64,000 bases of DNA from Planctomycetota bacterium (lineage in GTDB: Bacteria; Planctomycetota; UBA1135; UBA2386). The notes below the pieces were generated by a model. It was not told the origin of the DNA and ran no database searches. It saw only the letters and a program-made list of their open reading frames with translations. The DNA lies in the NCBI GenBank assembly GCA_965223545.1, contig OZ245006.1, positions 1,568,001 through 1,632,000 of the forward strand, read 5' to 3'. This document shows positions 38,299 through 48,355 of this stretch, piece by piece. The translations under genes were made by a program, and so were the position numbers. Numbering within the stretch: the first letter of the stretch is position 1; every line of letters begins with the position of its first letter.

Positions 38299-39381
38299 AT
38301 GCGACCACCCCTCTGTTTCGCCATCACTGCCCTGCTCGCCGCCACAGCCAACGCCCAGGGTGTCTTCATCCCGCCGATCGCCAATACCACGGAGGGCAAC
38401 GACATCTCGTCGTACCCATTCGGCTTCACCCAGTTCCGCTCCCAGCTGCTGCTCGACCAGAGCATGGTCGCGCCGAACTCGGCAGTGATCACCGCGATCG
38501 CGTTCCGCGCCGACAACGACAACTCCTCGGCGAAGCCAGCGGTGACGGTGCAGAACGTGACCATCGACATGAGCCACAGCACGGTGGCGACCGGCGCGAT
38601 GTCGACCACCTACGCGTTGAACGTCACCGGCACTCCAATGACGGTGTTCACCGGCTCGGTCAGCATGCCGGCCTACACGCCCAGTGAGCTCGGCGTCGCG
38701 CCGTGGTTCACGATCAACCTGGACACGCCGTTCGCGTACAATGCGGCGAACGGCAACTTGTTGATCGACATCACCGCGATCGACGTCAACGGCTCCCAGC
38801 GCACGAACTACTCGCTCGACACGTTCTTGCCGGGCGGCAACGTGCGCTCCTTCGGCAACTCCGGCGTGCCGTCGGGCGGTGGCCTTCCCGAACGCATCAC
38901 CGTGTCCTCGAGCAGCGGTGCGAACGGACGCTTTTCCGGTCTGTCGCCGGGCGGCTCGGTCGACGCAGCCGCGGGCGGCTTCTTCGCCGCGGCACCGAAT
39001 GGCTTCTTCATGATCGGCACCGAGCTGATGCCGCCGCTCGACCTGACCGCGCTGGGCATGCCAACGAGCACCGCGTACGTGAACCCGGTGTTCTTCGACG
39101 TGATCTTCCCGTCCGGTCCGCTGCAGCGATGGTTGGCGACGTACCCGCTGCCCAACTCGCCCAACATCGTGGGCGGCCGCATCTTCAGCCAATCGCTGGT
39201 GCAGGACGCGGGCTACCCCGCCGGCTACTACGCAACCACCGCCCAGCAGGTGACGATCGGCGTGGCCACCGTGCAGAGCAACCAGCTCCGCGGCCAGGAT
39301 CCGGCCGCCGCCACCGGCTTCTTGGACAAGACCACCGTCGGCGGCGGCCCCGCCATGCAGTTGAGCGGAACCTTCCAGTAG
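38299..39381 (+). CDS. Secreted protein X2 of unknown function; paralog of 5201..6301
   Basis: Signal peptide ..ATANA|Q. SYPF, VITAIAFRADN, LDTPFAY..GNLLIDIT, PLDLTALGMP, terminal GTFQ. Confidence 0.88.
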   Translation: MRPPLCFAITALLAATANAQGVFIPPIANTTEGNDISSYPFGFTQFRSQLLLDQSMVAPNSAVITAIAFRADNDNSSAKPAVTVQNVTIDMSHSTVATGAMSTTYALNVTGTPMTVFTGSVSMPAYTPSELGVAPWFTINLDTPFAYNAANGNLLIDITAIDVNGSQRTNYSLDTFLPGGNVRSFGNSGVPSGGGLPERITVSSSSGANGRFSGLSPGGSVDAAAGGFFAAAPNGFFMIGTELMPPLDLTALGMPTSTAYVNPVFFDVIFPSGPLQRWLATYPLPNSPNIVGGRIFSQSLVQDAGYPAGYYATTAQQVTIGVATVQSNQLRGQDPAAATGFLDKTTVGGGPAMQLSGTFQ

Positions 39382-39412
39382 CAACGGAGTTGAGACGCTT
39401 GGCCCGGCCCAG

Positions 39413-39435
39413 GACCGCCGCTGATATCGGCGGTC
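39413..39435. other. Intergenic GC hairpin (possible terminator or processing stem)
   Basis: GACCGCCG-N7-CGGCGGTC perfect 8-bp stem, 31 nt after the X2 stop. No U-tract. Confidence 0.4.
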
Positions 39436-39489
39436 TGGCGCCTGGCCCCCTTGCCGGACCGGGCGTTTCGGTGCGAAATACACTGTTCC

Positions 39490-42399
39490 ATGCGCTCGCC
39501 CCCCTCCGCTGCCCTGCTCTTCCCGGTCTTGGCCACGGTCCTGGCCGGCGTCGCGCCGGCTCAGCTGACGGTGAGCCAGTTCTCTGGAGTCAACCCCGGT
39601 GACGAGTACGGGCGCGCGGTCGCCGTAATCGGCGACGTCGACGGCGACCTGGTGCCGGACGTCGCAATGGGGATTCCGGGGGACGACACCGGGGGCAACG
39701 ACGCGGGCGCGGTGGAAATCCACTCCGGCGCCGACGGCACGATCATCACTCGCTTGTTCGGAAGCCGGGCAGGCGAGCGGTTCGGCGCGGCTCTGGCCAG
39801 CGCGGGCGACTTCGACGGCGACGGGCGCGCCGACCTGATCGCAGGCGCCCCCACCGCGGCTGGTCTGGTGCGCGTGGTTTCCGGCGCCGACGGCAGCGAT
39901 CTGCTGTTGGTCACCGGCGGAGCTGGCGACCAGCTCGGCACCGCTGTGGCCGGCGACGCCGACTTCGACAACGACGGGTTCTCCGACGTCGCGATGGGTG
40001 CGCCGGGCGCCGGCGGCAGGGGTCAGGTGCGGCTCTACTCGGGCCGCAACGGCCGGTTGCTGCAGACCCTCTCGGGCAACTTCCCGGGCGACCGTTTCGG
40101 CGCCGCGCTCGCGACCTTGCCCGACATCGACGGCGACGGCAACGACGAAGTGCTGGTCGGCATTCCCGGTTTGGACGCCGGCGGCGTCGACGCCGGTGGC
40201 GCGCGGATCTATTCGCCGAACGGGCGGCCGCTGCGCGAGTGGACCGGCGACGCCGCGGGCGACGGCTTCGGCAGCGCGGTGGCCCGGGGCGGTGACATCG
40301 ACGGCGATGGGGTTTCTGAAGCGCTCGTCGGCGCGCCCTTCAACGACGCGGCGGCGCCCGACGGAGGCCAGGTCTCCGCGCTGAGCGGGGCGGACGGGAC
40401 CCGGATCTCGGTGTGGTTCGGCCGGCGGGACAACGACAACTTCGGGACCGCGGTCAGCGGCGGCCAAGACCTGGACGGCGACAACTCGCCGGACGTCATG
40501 GTCGGCGTCCCCGGACGCGACACCGCGGGGCTGGACGCCGGCGCAGTCGAAGTCTTCGCCGGCTTCGACGCACGGCCGCTCTACGAGATCCACGGCACCG
40601 CTGCGGGCGACGGCTTGGGCACGGCGGTGGACCTCGGTGACGACACGAACAGCGACGGCTACGCCGACATGGTCGCCGGCATGCCCGGCAACGACACCGG
40701 CGGCGCGGATGCGGGCGCGGCCTGGCTGCGGAGCCAGAATCCCTACGATGGGGTCGCCGCGCTGCTCAGCCGCGCCGACGCCGGCACCGACGGCAAGCTG
40801 GGAGGCACCCTCGCGATCACCGGCGACGTCAATGGCGATGGCACCGCCGATTACGTTTCAGGCGCCCGCCACGACAACGGTCAGCTCGGCAGCCTGTGGG
40901 TGTACTCGGGCCTCGACCAGAGCGTGCTGCACACGTTCTGGGGCGATGCTCCCGGGGACTCGCTCGGCACCGCTGTCGCCAGCGCGGGGGACGTCGACGG
41001 CGACGGGCTCGACGACATCATCGCCGGCGCCTGGCACGAACAGTCATTCACCTTCGCCAACGGCATGGCCCGGGTGTACTCGGGCGCGACCGGCGCCGTG
41101 CTGCACACCTTCTACGGAACCAGCTATCGCGACCACATGGGTACCGCCGTCGGCGGCATCGGCGACGTCGACGGCGATGGTGTCCCCGACCTGGCGGTCG
41201 GTCTCGGCATCCGTTTCCGCAACACGGAGGAGGGCTCGGTCTGGGTCTACTCGGGCGCGACCGGCAACAAGCTGTACGAGGTCGATGGCAAGTTCAACTT
41301 CGAGTGGTTCGGCTGGAAGCTCGCCGCGCTGCACGGTGATCTCAATGGCGACGGCGTGCCCGACTTCATCGCCGCGGGGCCGCAGTATCTGCCGCAGGTC
41401 ACGGGCCCCGGGCTGGTGCGCGCCATCTCGGGCGTCGACGGCGCCGTGCTCTACTCGGTGGCCGGCATCGCGCTGGGCGACCGCTTCGGCAACAGCTTGC
41501 ACGGCCTCGGCGATATCGATGACGACGGCGCCCCCGACTTCGTCGTCGGTGCCACCGAGGACGACGTCGGCGCTCCGGACGCCGGCGCGGCGCGGGTGTA
41601 CTCCGGTGCCACCGGCGCGCTGCTCGCCCAATGGGTGGGTGAGAACGCCGGCGACAGGTTCGGCGCAGTGGGTAGCGGCGGCGACGCCGACGGTGACGGC
41701 CTGGACGACATCGCCGTCGGCGCAACCGGCTACGACGGACCGGCGGGCGCGGACGCGGGCCGGATCTACATCTATTCGTCGCGCACCTTCGCGCTGCTGG
41801 TGACGATCGAAGGCACCCAGTCGTCGATCGATTTCGGCGTGACCACCAACATCCTCCCGGACACGGACGGCGACGGTTACGGCGAAGTCGTGGCCGGGGC
41901 ACAGCTCGCCGACGACAACGGTATGGACAGCGGTCGCATCGAGGTCTTCACCTCGTTGGCGGCCAGTCAGCCCGGAAGCGCGCGCACGTTTGGCATCGGC
42001 TGCGCAACGGCCGACGGCAAGCTGATGCGCCTCGCCGTCGAAGCGCGCCCTCAACTGGGTCGCCGCGCCGACGTGTCGGTACGGGCCGGCCCGGCGTCCA
42101 GTGTCGGCCTGATCGCGATCGGAGACAGCGCCACTCAATGGAGCGGAGTGCCCCTCCCGCTGGCCCTCGGTCCCGCCGCTCCGGCATGTTCGTTGACCAC
42201 CAACATGCGTCTGACGATTCCGGTCGGCTTCGACGCGCTTGGTCAGGCGCGCGTACCACTGGGGGTTCCCGCCAACGCCGGCCTCCTCGGCGCGGTGCTC
42301 TACATGCAGTTCGCCGCGGTCTCGCCGGGCGCCAATCCACTCGGCGTAGCGCTGAGCGATACCGCCGAGATCCGCATCGGCGAGCTCCACAGCCTCTGA
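39490..42399 (+). CDS. Secreted FG-GAP repeat protein (about 14 repeats, probably two propellers) with the shared C-terminal domain
   Basis: Repeated FG.A(V/L)...GD.DGDG..D..VGAP..G.V..YSG. Signal peptide ..VAPA|Q. Ends LYMQFAAVSPGANPLGVALSDTAEIRIGELHSL. Confidence 0.92.
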   Translation: MRSPPSAALLFPVLATVLAGVAPAQLTVSQFSGVNPGDEYGRAVAVIGDVDGDLVPDVAMGIPGDDTGGNDAGAVEIHSGADGTIITRLFGSRAGERFGAALASAGDFDGDGRADLIAGAPTAAGLVRVVSGADGSDLLLVTGGAGDQLGTAVAGDADFDNDGFSDVAMGAPGAGGRGQVRLYSGRNGRLLQTLSGNFPGDRFGAALATLPDIDGDGNDEVLVGIPGLDAGGVDAGGARIYSPNGRPLREWTGDAAGDGFGSAVARGGDIDGDGVSEALVGAPFNDAAAPDGGQVSALSGADGTRISVWFGRRDNDNFGTAVSGGQDLDGDNSPDVMVGVPGRDTAGLDAGAVEVFAGFDARPLYEIHGTAAGDGLGTAVDLGDDTNSDGYADMVAGMPGNDTGGADAGAAWLRSQNPYDGVAALLSRADAGTDGKLGGTLAITGDVNGDGTADYVSGARHDNGQLGSLWVYSGLDQSVLHTFWGDAPGDSLGTAVASAGDVDGDGLDDIIAGAWHEQSFTFANGMARVYSGATGAVLHTFYGTSYRDHMGTAVGGIGDVDGDGVPDLAVGLGIRFRNTEEGSVWVYSGATGNKLYEVDGKFNFEWFGWKLAALHGDLNGDGVPDFIAAGPQYLPQVTGPGLVRAISGVDGAVLYSVAGIALGDRFGNSLHGLGDIDDDGAPDFVVGATEDDVGAPDAGAARVYSGATGALLAQWVGENAGDRFGAVGSGGDADGDGLDDIAVGATGYDGPAGADAGRIYIYSSRTFALLVTIEGTQSSIDFGVTTNILPDTDGDGYGEVVAGAQLADDNGMDSGRIEVFTSLAASQPGSARTFGIGCATADGKLMRLAVEARPQLGRRADVSVRAGPASSVGLIAIGDSATQWSGVPLPLALGPAAPACSLTTNMRLTIPVGFDALGQARVPLGVPANAGLLGAVLYMQFAAVSPGANPLGVALSDTAEIRIGELHSL

Positions 42400-42400
42400 C

Positions 42401-43444
42401 TCAGCGAGTGCGCGTGACCTTCTGCAGGCCGCGTGGAGCCTGCGGGTCGAGCCCCTTGGCACGCGTCAGGTGGTACGCGAACAGCTGGCACGGGCCGATC
42501 GAAACCAGCGGGCTGAGCCACTCTGGCACGGCGGGCGGCAAGCGCAACGGCACACTGGCCTCTGCCAGGGCATCGCTGTCACCGGAGACCACCAGTGTCT
42601 CCGCCTCGAGCTCGCGACGAAGACGGCGCAACAGATCGACCAGGTCGCCGCACACCGCGCCGGGACTGGCCACCGCCAACACCGGAAAACCGGCGGCGAC
42701 GACGGCGATCGGTCCATGGCGGAAATCAGCAGCCGAGTAGCGCTCGGCAACAACGTAGGCCAGCTCTTTGAGCTTGAGCGACCACTCGTGCGTGGTTGCG
42801 TAGTCGTAGCCGCGGCCGACCACCACACAGCGCTCCATCGCGGCGTAGCGCTCGGCGGCAGCCATCACTTGCGGTTCGAGCGCCAGCGCCGCCGCCAATG
42901 CTTCTGGCACGGTGCGGAGCTCTTCGCCCCACTGCCGGCGCATCGAACCGTCGTGCATCGCGACCGACAGCATGGCCATCGCCTGCAGCTGGGCGGTGTA
43001 GGTCTTGGTGGCGGCAACCTCGCGCTCGGGGCCGGCACCCAGCTCCAGCACCCGATCCGCGGCATGGGCCAGAGGAGAGTCGGGCTCGTTGACGATCGCC
43101 AGCGACGGACAACCCTGGCGGCGGGCCTCCTCGACGACAGCCACGACATCCGGCGACTGACCGGATTGGGAGATGCCGACCACGAGCGCACCCGCGATGC
43201 GCGGCGGGCGCTCGTACTTGGTGAACAGCGACGGCGCGGCGAACGCGACGTTGAGCTCGTTGTGCGTTGCCCACAGGTAGCGCGCGAACAAGCCGGCGTG
43301 CGCCGAAGTACCGCGTGCAGCGATCAGCACGTAGAACGGCCGGCACTCGCGCAGCCACGCACCGAGGCGCTCGAACTCCGCACCGCGCTCCAGCATGCTC
43401 GCCAGCACCCGAGGCTGCTCGGCGATCTCAGCAGGAAGGCTCAT
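42401..43444 (-). CDS. Double-SIS sugar-phosphate isomerase/deaminase (NagB-II / GlmS C-terminal-like)
   Basis: EIAEQP, AARGTS, GISQSGQSPD, GPE..VAATKTY, GRG, LKLKE, FRHGP, DP..PRGL.KVT.T. No glutaminase domain. Confidence 0.9.
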   Translation of the reverse strand: MSLPAEIAEQPRVLASMLERGAEFERLGAWLRECRPFYVLIAARGTSAHAGLFARYLWATHNELNVAFAAPSLFTKYERPPRIAGALVVGISQSGQSPDVVAVVEEARRQGCPSLAIVNEPDSPLAHAADRVLELGAGPEREVAATKTYTAQLQAMAMLSVAMHDGSMRRQWGEELRTVPEALAAALALEPQVMAAAERYAAMERCVVVGRGYDYATTHEWSLKLKELAYVVAERYSAADFRHGPIAVVAAGFPVLAVASPGAVCGDLVDLLRRLRRELEAETLVVSGDSDALAEASVPLRLPPAVPEWLSPLVSIGPCQLFAYHLTRAKGLDPQAPRGLQKVTRTR

Positions 43445-43472
43445 CGCGGCGACGGCGGCGGCATCGCCTCGC

Positions 43473-43514
43473 AAAGGTTGTCGAAGCTCGACGATTCGAG
43501 GCGCCGGACGCTCA
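43473..43514. repeat. Intergenic repeat family B, copy 1
   Basis: 36/42 identical, ungapped, to 56403-56444. Both copies include and follow the stop codon of a - strand gene. Confidence 0.75.
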
Positions 43515-45200
43515 TGGAGTGATCACCGTCGCGGTGGGATTGGTGACGAACGCGGGCGTCCCGCTCGGGTCCGCGCCAAGCACCGCCCAGGTCAGGGCCC
43601 GGGGCACCAACGGTGCCAACACGCCCGCCGGGACCGAGAACACCGCTGAGCCGCGGCCGTTCGCATCCAGCGTGGCGAAGCCGTTGACCAGCACCGGGGT
43701 GTTCACCGAAGCCAGCAGGGCGGCAGTGACCGAGTCGTAGTTGATGGGCAGCACGAGCCCGCCGATCGGAGTGCCTGGGCTGCTGCCGGACAAGCTCCCC
43801 GTCACCAAATACGAATGGCCCGCGCCACCGGGGCCGACGTCGAAGGTGATCGACACCGGTCCGCCCGCCGCCGCCGACACCAACACCGGGGCACCGAGCA
43901 CCGGCCCCGCGACCGCCGACCGCGCCGTCGCACCAACGTGACCCTGCGCGTCGCGCACCTGAACACCGATGCGCAGACTGCCGGGCCCGCGGGCGAGGAC
44001 GTTGCGAGGACCGCTACTGCCCCAGGGGGTCTCGAACACTCCATCGTTGTCGAGGTCGTAACGCACCGTGAGACTGGCAGCGGTCTGCTTGGCACTCCGA
44101 CTGCCGCTGGCATCGCACACCGCGGTCAAGCCATCGATCCCCACTGCAACACCCGGCACGGGCAGATCGGGTCCCGGGGCTGCGTACTGCGCGAGCACCG
44201 GCCACCAGGCCGCCTGCATCGTGCCATAGCGGAACGCGTTGTAGCCGCTCGCACCGCCGCCCATGGCGCCGGTGATCGAGGCGGCGATCGTCTGCGGCGT
44301 CGCAGTCTCGTTCGCGTCGGTCCAGCAGCGGATCGCCGGCACGACGCGGCGCGGACCGGTTCCGGCGCGCTGCACCGCTTGTTGGCAATAGAGCGCGGTC
44401 TGCCGCACGTAGGCCTGATGCAGCGTGTACGTCGAGTAGATCGAACCATCCGCGGTGTAGGCCATCGGCATCAGCACGTCGACCCACCGCGAGAGCTCTT
44501 CCCAGTCCTGGCCGTAGCACGACCGCAGCGTGGAGCGAACCTGCGCGTACGAGTTGAAGACGCCGTTGTAGGTCGGTCCGTCGAAGGTGAACCGGTTGGC
44601 GATCAGGTAGGCGTGCAGCGACCGCCCTCCGAGTCGCTGCTTGACGTCGCGGACGAAGTCGGTGACGACCTGCGGATCGTTGGTGCAGCTCGTGCCCACG
44701 AAACGGACGTAGTCCAGCGATAGGCCATCGAGGTCGTAGTGGGGCGCTCCCGTCGGGTCGAAGCTGTTCACCAGGTAGTCACAGATCGACAGCAAGTACG
44801 CGCGGTGTGCGGCATCCGTCGGCTGCACGCCGGCATCGAAGCACTTGACGACACCGACGACCTGCAGGTTTTGCGCGTGGGCCTGTGCGATCAGCGCGCG
44901 CAAATCGATGCCCACCCGGTTCGGGCGCACGGGTCCCCAGGCCGGGTTCCAGGTGCCGGCAGCGTCGTCGATCCACAACGTGCCGGCCCGCGGACCGGTG
45001 GTGCGAAACACGTTGACGTAGATGGTGTCGAGGTTGCGCCCGCGGGTCTGCGTCACCAGCGCACCGATCTGCGGATCCATGTTGCCGACCAGGAAGGGCC
45101 AGGTGCCGATCGAAGCGTCGGTGGAGAGCTGGGCGGGCGCGAGACCGGTTGCCGCGAGCAGGGCGGCGCACGAGCGCCAGGCACGGAAGAGCATCGCCAT
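43512..45200 (-). CDS. Secreted GHL10-like TIM-barrel glycoside hydrolase with a PKD-like domain and a variant of the shared C-terminal domain
   Basis: Signal peptide ..GLAPA|Q. DTIYVNV, LIAQAH...LQV, DGLSLDYVRF, GQDW, VDVLMPMAY; PKD-like DASGS..YDLDNDG..VRD..G; LDANGRGSA.F.VP..TNP. Confidence 0.75.
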   Translation of the reverse strand: MAMLFRAWRSCAALLAATGLAPAQLSTDASIGTWPFLVGNMDPQIGALVTQTRGRNLDTIYVNVFRTTGPRAGTLWIDDAAGTWNPAWGPVRPNRVGIDLRALIAQAHAQNLQVVGVVKCFDAGVQPTDAAHRAYLLSICDYLVNSFDPTGAPHYDLDGLSLDYVRFVGTSCTNDPQVVTDFVRDVKQRLGGRSLHAYLIANRFTFDGPTYNGVFNSYAQVRSTLRSCYGQDWEELSRWVDVLMPMAYTADGSIYSTYTLHQAYVRQTALYCQQAVQRAGTGPRRVVPAIRCWTDANETATPQTIAASITGAMGGGASGYNAFRYGTMQAAWWPVLAQYAAPGPDLPVPGVAVGIDGLTAVCDASGSRSAKQTAASLTVRYDLDNDGVFETPWGSSGPRNVLARGPGSLRIGVQVRDAQGHVGATARSAVAGPVLGAPVLVSAAAGGPVSITFDVGPGGAGHSYLVTGSLSGSSPGTPIGGLVLPINYDSVTAALLASVNTPVLVNGFATLDANGRGSAVFSVPAGVLAPLVPRALTWAVLGADPSGTPAFVTNPTATVITP

Positions 45201-45319
45201 GGACAACGGACCTCGGTAAAGACCTCGGTTTGCGGAGGAGAGGGTAGCGTACCGCGGCGCCGGCGAGGGCAAAGGGGGTCGAAGCGGGAAGATGGAGCGG
45301 GACTCCGTACAGTCCGTGC

Positions 45320-45697
45320 ATGGCCAAGAACGCACGCAACGTCCTGGGGACGGCTCTCCAGCCGTGCTGCCACGAGCCGATGACCGGCTTCTACCGCGAC
45401 GGCATGTGCCGCACCGGTCCCGACGACCTCGGGCTGCACATCGTGTGCGCGCGGATGACCGACGGCTTCCTCGCCTTCAGCAAGAGTCGCGGCAACGACC
45501 TGTCGACGCCACAGCCCGAGCTCGGCTTCCCGGGCCTGCGCGATGGCGATGGCTGGTGTCTGTGCGTCACCCGGTGGAAAGAGGCGCTCGAGGCCGGCGT
45601 GGCCCCGCCGGTCGTCTTGGAGGCCACGCACTTCGGCGCACTCGAGTGGGTCGACTTGGAGGACCTCCAACGCCACGCTGTTCGCTCCGAGAGCTGA
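45320..45697 (+). CDS. DUF2237 family protein
   Basis: NVLG..LQPC..PMTGFYRDG.C.TG..D.G.H.VCA, FS..GNDLSTP, FPGL..GD.WCLC..RW.EA, ATH. Confidence 0.92.
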   Translation: MAKNARNVLGTALQPCCHEPMTGFYRDGMCRTGPDDLGLHIVCARMTDGFLAFSKSRGNDLSTPQPELGFPGLRDGDGWCLCVTRWKEALEAGVAPPVVLEATHFGALEWVDLEDLQRHAVRSES

Positions 45698-45713
45698 CCA
45701 CGCCGGAGACGCA

Positions 45714-47153
45714 TTGAACATCGAGCCGATCGACCTGTCCCTGCTGATCGTCTACGTGCTGGCGGTCGTCGCCTTCGGGCTGTGGCAGAGCCGCGGCGCG
45801 TCCAGCTTGAGCGAGTTCACCGTCGGCGGGCGGGCCATCCCGTGGCCGGTCGTGCTGCTGTCGATCGTCGCCACCGAGACCAGCACGGTGACGTTCCTCA
45901 GCGTGCCGGGCGTCGCCTACACGGGCGATTGGACCTTCTTGCAGCTGCCGCTCGGCTACGTCATCGGCCGGCTATTGGTCATCGTCCTACTACTGCCGCG
46001 GTACCTCACCGGCAACATGCTCACCGCCTACGAAGTGCTGTCGCAGCGCTTCGGCGGCGCGACGCGCAAGGTCGCCAGCCTGCTGTTCCTGGTCACGCGC
46101 AACCTGGCCGACGGCCTGCGGCTGTTTCTCACCGCTGTCGTGCTCCGCGAGCTCGCCGGCATCGATCTACCGACCGCGGTGATCGCGATCGGCACCGCGA
46201 CCATCCTCTACACCGTGATCGGCGGCATGAAGGCGGTGGTGTGGACCGACGCGCTGCAGTTCGTGATCTACATGGCCGGCGCCGGCGTCGCCCTCGCCGT
46301 GTTGTGCGAGGCGATCCCGGGCGGAATGGACGGTCTGCTGCAGCGCGCCGCCGACGCGGACAAGCTGCGCGTCATCGACGCGACCTTCGCCCTCGACCAG
46401 AGCTACGTGCTGTGGGCCGGGGTGATCGGGGGCGCGTTCCTTTCGCTGGGAACGCACGGTGCAGACCAAATGATGGTGCAGCGCTACCTCTGCGCGCGGG
46501 GGCCGCGGCAAGCCGGCCTTGCGTTGGGGCTGTCGGGCGTCGTCGTGCTGGTCCAGTTCGCGCTGTTCTTGCTGATCGGCACCGCGCTGTGGGCGTTCTA
46601 CAGCGGCCAGACACCACCGGTGGAGTTCGAACGCGCCGATCGCGTGTTCGCCACGTGGATCGTGCACGAGCTGCCGACGCCATGGCGCGGTGTGCTGCTG
46701 GGCGCGCTGTTCTCGGCGGCGATGTCGACGCTCTCGAGCTCGCTCAACTCTTCGGCAACCACCATCGTGCACGACCTGCTGCCGCGGCCGCACACCGACG
46801 ACGCGCGGCGCGCCCTGCGTCACACGCGGCTGTGGACGGTCGCGTTCGGCGTGCTGCAGATCGGTGTCGGCATCGGCGCGCACTTCGTCCACGACCAGAG
46901 CGTGGTCGACAGCGTGCTGGCGATCGCGGGGTTCACCACCGGCATCATTCTGGGCGTGTTCCTGCTCGGCATTCTGACCCGCGTCAACCAGAGCAGCGCA
47001 CTCGCGGCCCTGGTGGTCGGGCTCACCGCGATGACGCTGATCAAGTTCAACACCGCGCTGGCGTGGCCCTGGTTCGCGCTCGTCGGCTCGACCATTACGC
47101 TGGTCGCGGGCCTCGGGTTCCACTCGGTCTTGGACCGCCGCACTCAAACATGA
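45714..47153 (+). CDS. Sodium:solute symporter (SSS family)
   Basis: SIVATETS..TFLSVPG, GGMKAVVWTDALQ, HGADQMMVQRYL, AAMSTLSSSLNS; about 13 TM helices. TTG start after GGAG. Confidence 0.93.
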   Translation: MNIEPIDLSLLIVYVLAVVAFGLWQSRGASSLSEFTVGGRAIPWPVVLLSIVATETSTVTFLSVPGVAYTGDWTFLQLPLGYVIGRLLVIVLLLPRYLTGNMLTAYEVLSQRFGGATRKVASLLFLVTRNLADGLRLFLTAVVLRELAGIDLPTAVIAIGTATILYTVIGGMKAVVWTDALQFVIYMAGAGVALAVLCEAIPGGMDGLLQRAADADKLRVIDATFALDQSYVLWAGVIGGAFLSLGTHGADQMMVQRYLCARGPRQAGLALGLSGVVVLVQFALFLLIGTALWAFYSGQTPPVEFERADRVFATWIVHELPTPWRGVLLGALFSAAMSTLSSSLNSSATTIVHDLLPRPHTDDARRALRHTRLWTVAFGVLQIGVGIGAHFVHDQSVVDSVLAIAGFTTGIILGVFLLGILTRVNQSSALAALVVGLTAMTLIKFNTALAWPWFALVGSTITLVAGLGFHSVLDRRTQT

Positions 47154-48355
47154 CCAAGCGATTGCATCCCTCGCGGGCGGCCGCTGCCGCCGCTCTCCTC
47201 CTGACTGCCGCGACGGCGCAGTCACCGCCCACGCTGACCGGTATCGACGTCATGGAGCTGGAGAACTTCAGGCGGTTGGCGGGCGCAAAGGTCGGGCTGA
47301 TCACCAACGCGACCGGCCGCAACCGGTTCGGCGAGCGCACCGCCGACATCATGGCGCGCAACGCGGAGTTCCAGCTCGTGTCGCTGTTCAGCCCAGAGCA
47401 CGGCCCACAGGCCGATGCCGAGGGGGCAGTCGACAGCTCGGTCGACGCGGCCACCGGCCTGCCGGTCCACAGTCTGTACGGCGAGACGCGGGAGCCGACT
47501 CCGGCAATGCTCGACGGCCTGGACACCATGGTGTTCGACATCCAGGACATCGGCTGCCGCTTCTACACCTACGTCTCGACGATGAAGCTGGCACTGCGCG
47601 CGGCCGGCGCCAGCGCCATGCGCTTCGTGGTCCTCGACCGGCCCAATCCGCTCGGCGACGTGGTGGACGGACCGATGCTCGACTCCGGCCGAGAGAACTT
47701 CGTCGGCACCCACTCACTGCCGATCCGGCACGGCATGACCGCCGGTGAGCTGGCGCGGATGTTCAACGAAGAAGACGAGCTCAACGCCGACGTGCGCGTG
47801 GTCCAGGTGCGCAACTGGACGCGCGGGCAGACCTTCGACGAGACCGGCCTGCCATGGGTCAATCCGTCCCCCAACATGCGCAGCATCAACCAGGCGTTCC
47901 TCTATCCCGGCGTCGGCCTGCTCGAGTTCACCAACCTGTCGGTCGGCCGCGGCACCGATCGGCCGTTCGAGTGGATCGGCGCGCCGTGGATGGACGGCTA
48001 CCGTTTGGCCCAATGGCTGCGCGGTCAGCCACTGCGCGGCGTGCGCGTGCTGCCGCGCCGCCAGACCCCCGTCACGTCGAAGTTCGCGGGCGAGGAGTGC
48101 TCCGGCATCGAGTTCGCGATCCACGACCGGGCGGCGTTCGATCCCTTCGACCTCGGCCTGCGGCTGGCGTGCAGCCTGCGCGACCTGTTCCCCGACGCAT
48201 GGGAGATGGAGCACTACGACCGCTTGCTCGGCGATGCGGCGACGCTCGATGCTCTGCGCGACGGCAAGACGGCAGAAGAGATCCGGGCGTTGTGGACCGA
48301 AGAGCTCGACGCGTTCAAGGAGCGGCGCAAGCCCTACCTGCTCTACTCGCAGTGA
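47150..48355 (+). CDS. Exo-beta-N-acetylmuramidase NamZ family (DUF1343), secreted
   Basis: GLITN.TG, LFSPEHG, SLYG, FDIQDIG.RFYTY, VLDRPNP, RHGMT.GE, W..PSPN, EFTNLSVGRGT. Signal peptide ..ATA|Q. ATGA overlap with the symporter stop. Confidence 0.93.
   Translation: MTKRLHPSRAAAAAALLLTAATAQSPPTLTGIDVMELENFRRLAGAKVGLITNATGRNRFGERTADIMARNAEFQLVSLFSPEHGPQADAEGAVDSSVDAATGLPVHSLYGETREPTPAMLDGLDTMVFDIQDIGCRFYTYVSTMKLALRAAGASAMRFVVLDRPNPLGDVVDGPMLDSGRENFVGTHSLPIRHGMTAGELARMFNEEDELNADVRVVQVRNWTRGQTFDETGLPWVNPSPNMRSINQAFLYPGVGLLEFTNLSVGRGTDRPFEWIGAPWMDGYRLAQWLRGQPLRGVRVLPRRQTPVTSKFAGEECSGIEFAIHDRAAFDPFDLGLRLACSLRDLFPDAWEMEHYDRLLGDAATLDALRDGKTAEEIRALWTEELDAFKERRKPYLLYSQ

Noticed and set aside
42401..43444. 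Naming the SIS gene glmS
   Set aside because: It lacks the N-terminal glutaminase domain (no MCGI start, only 347 aa).
516..45200. Calling the shared domain a T9SS CTD, PEP-CTERM or autotransporter barrel
   Set aside because: No YPNP/G.Y/K..K motifs, no PEP plus TM plus basic tail, and too short for a barrel. Not excluded without a profile search.
45782..48355. Apparent 857-aa NamZ fusion
   Set aside because: The N-terminal part is the symporter gene read off-frame; the true start is ATG 47150.
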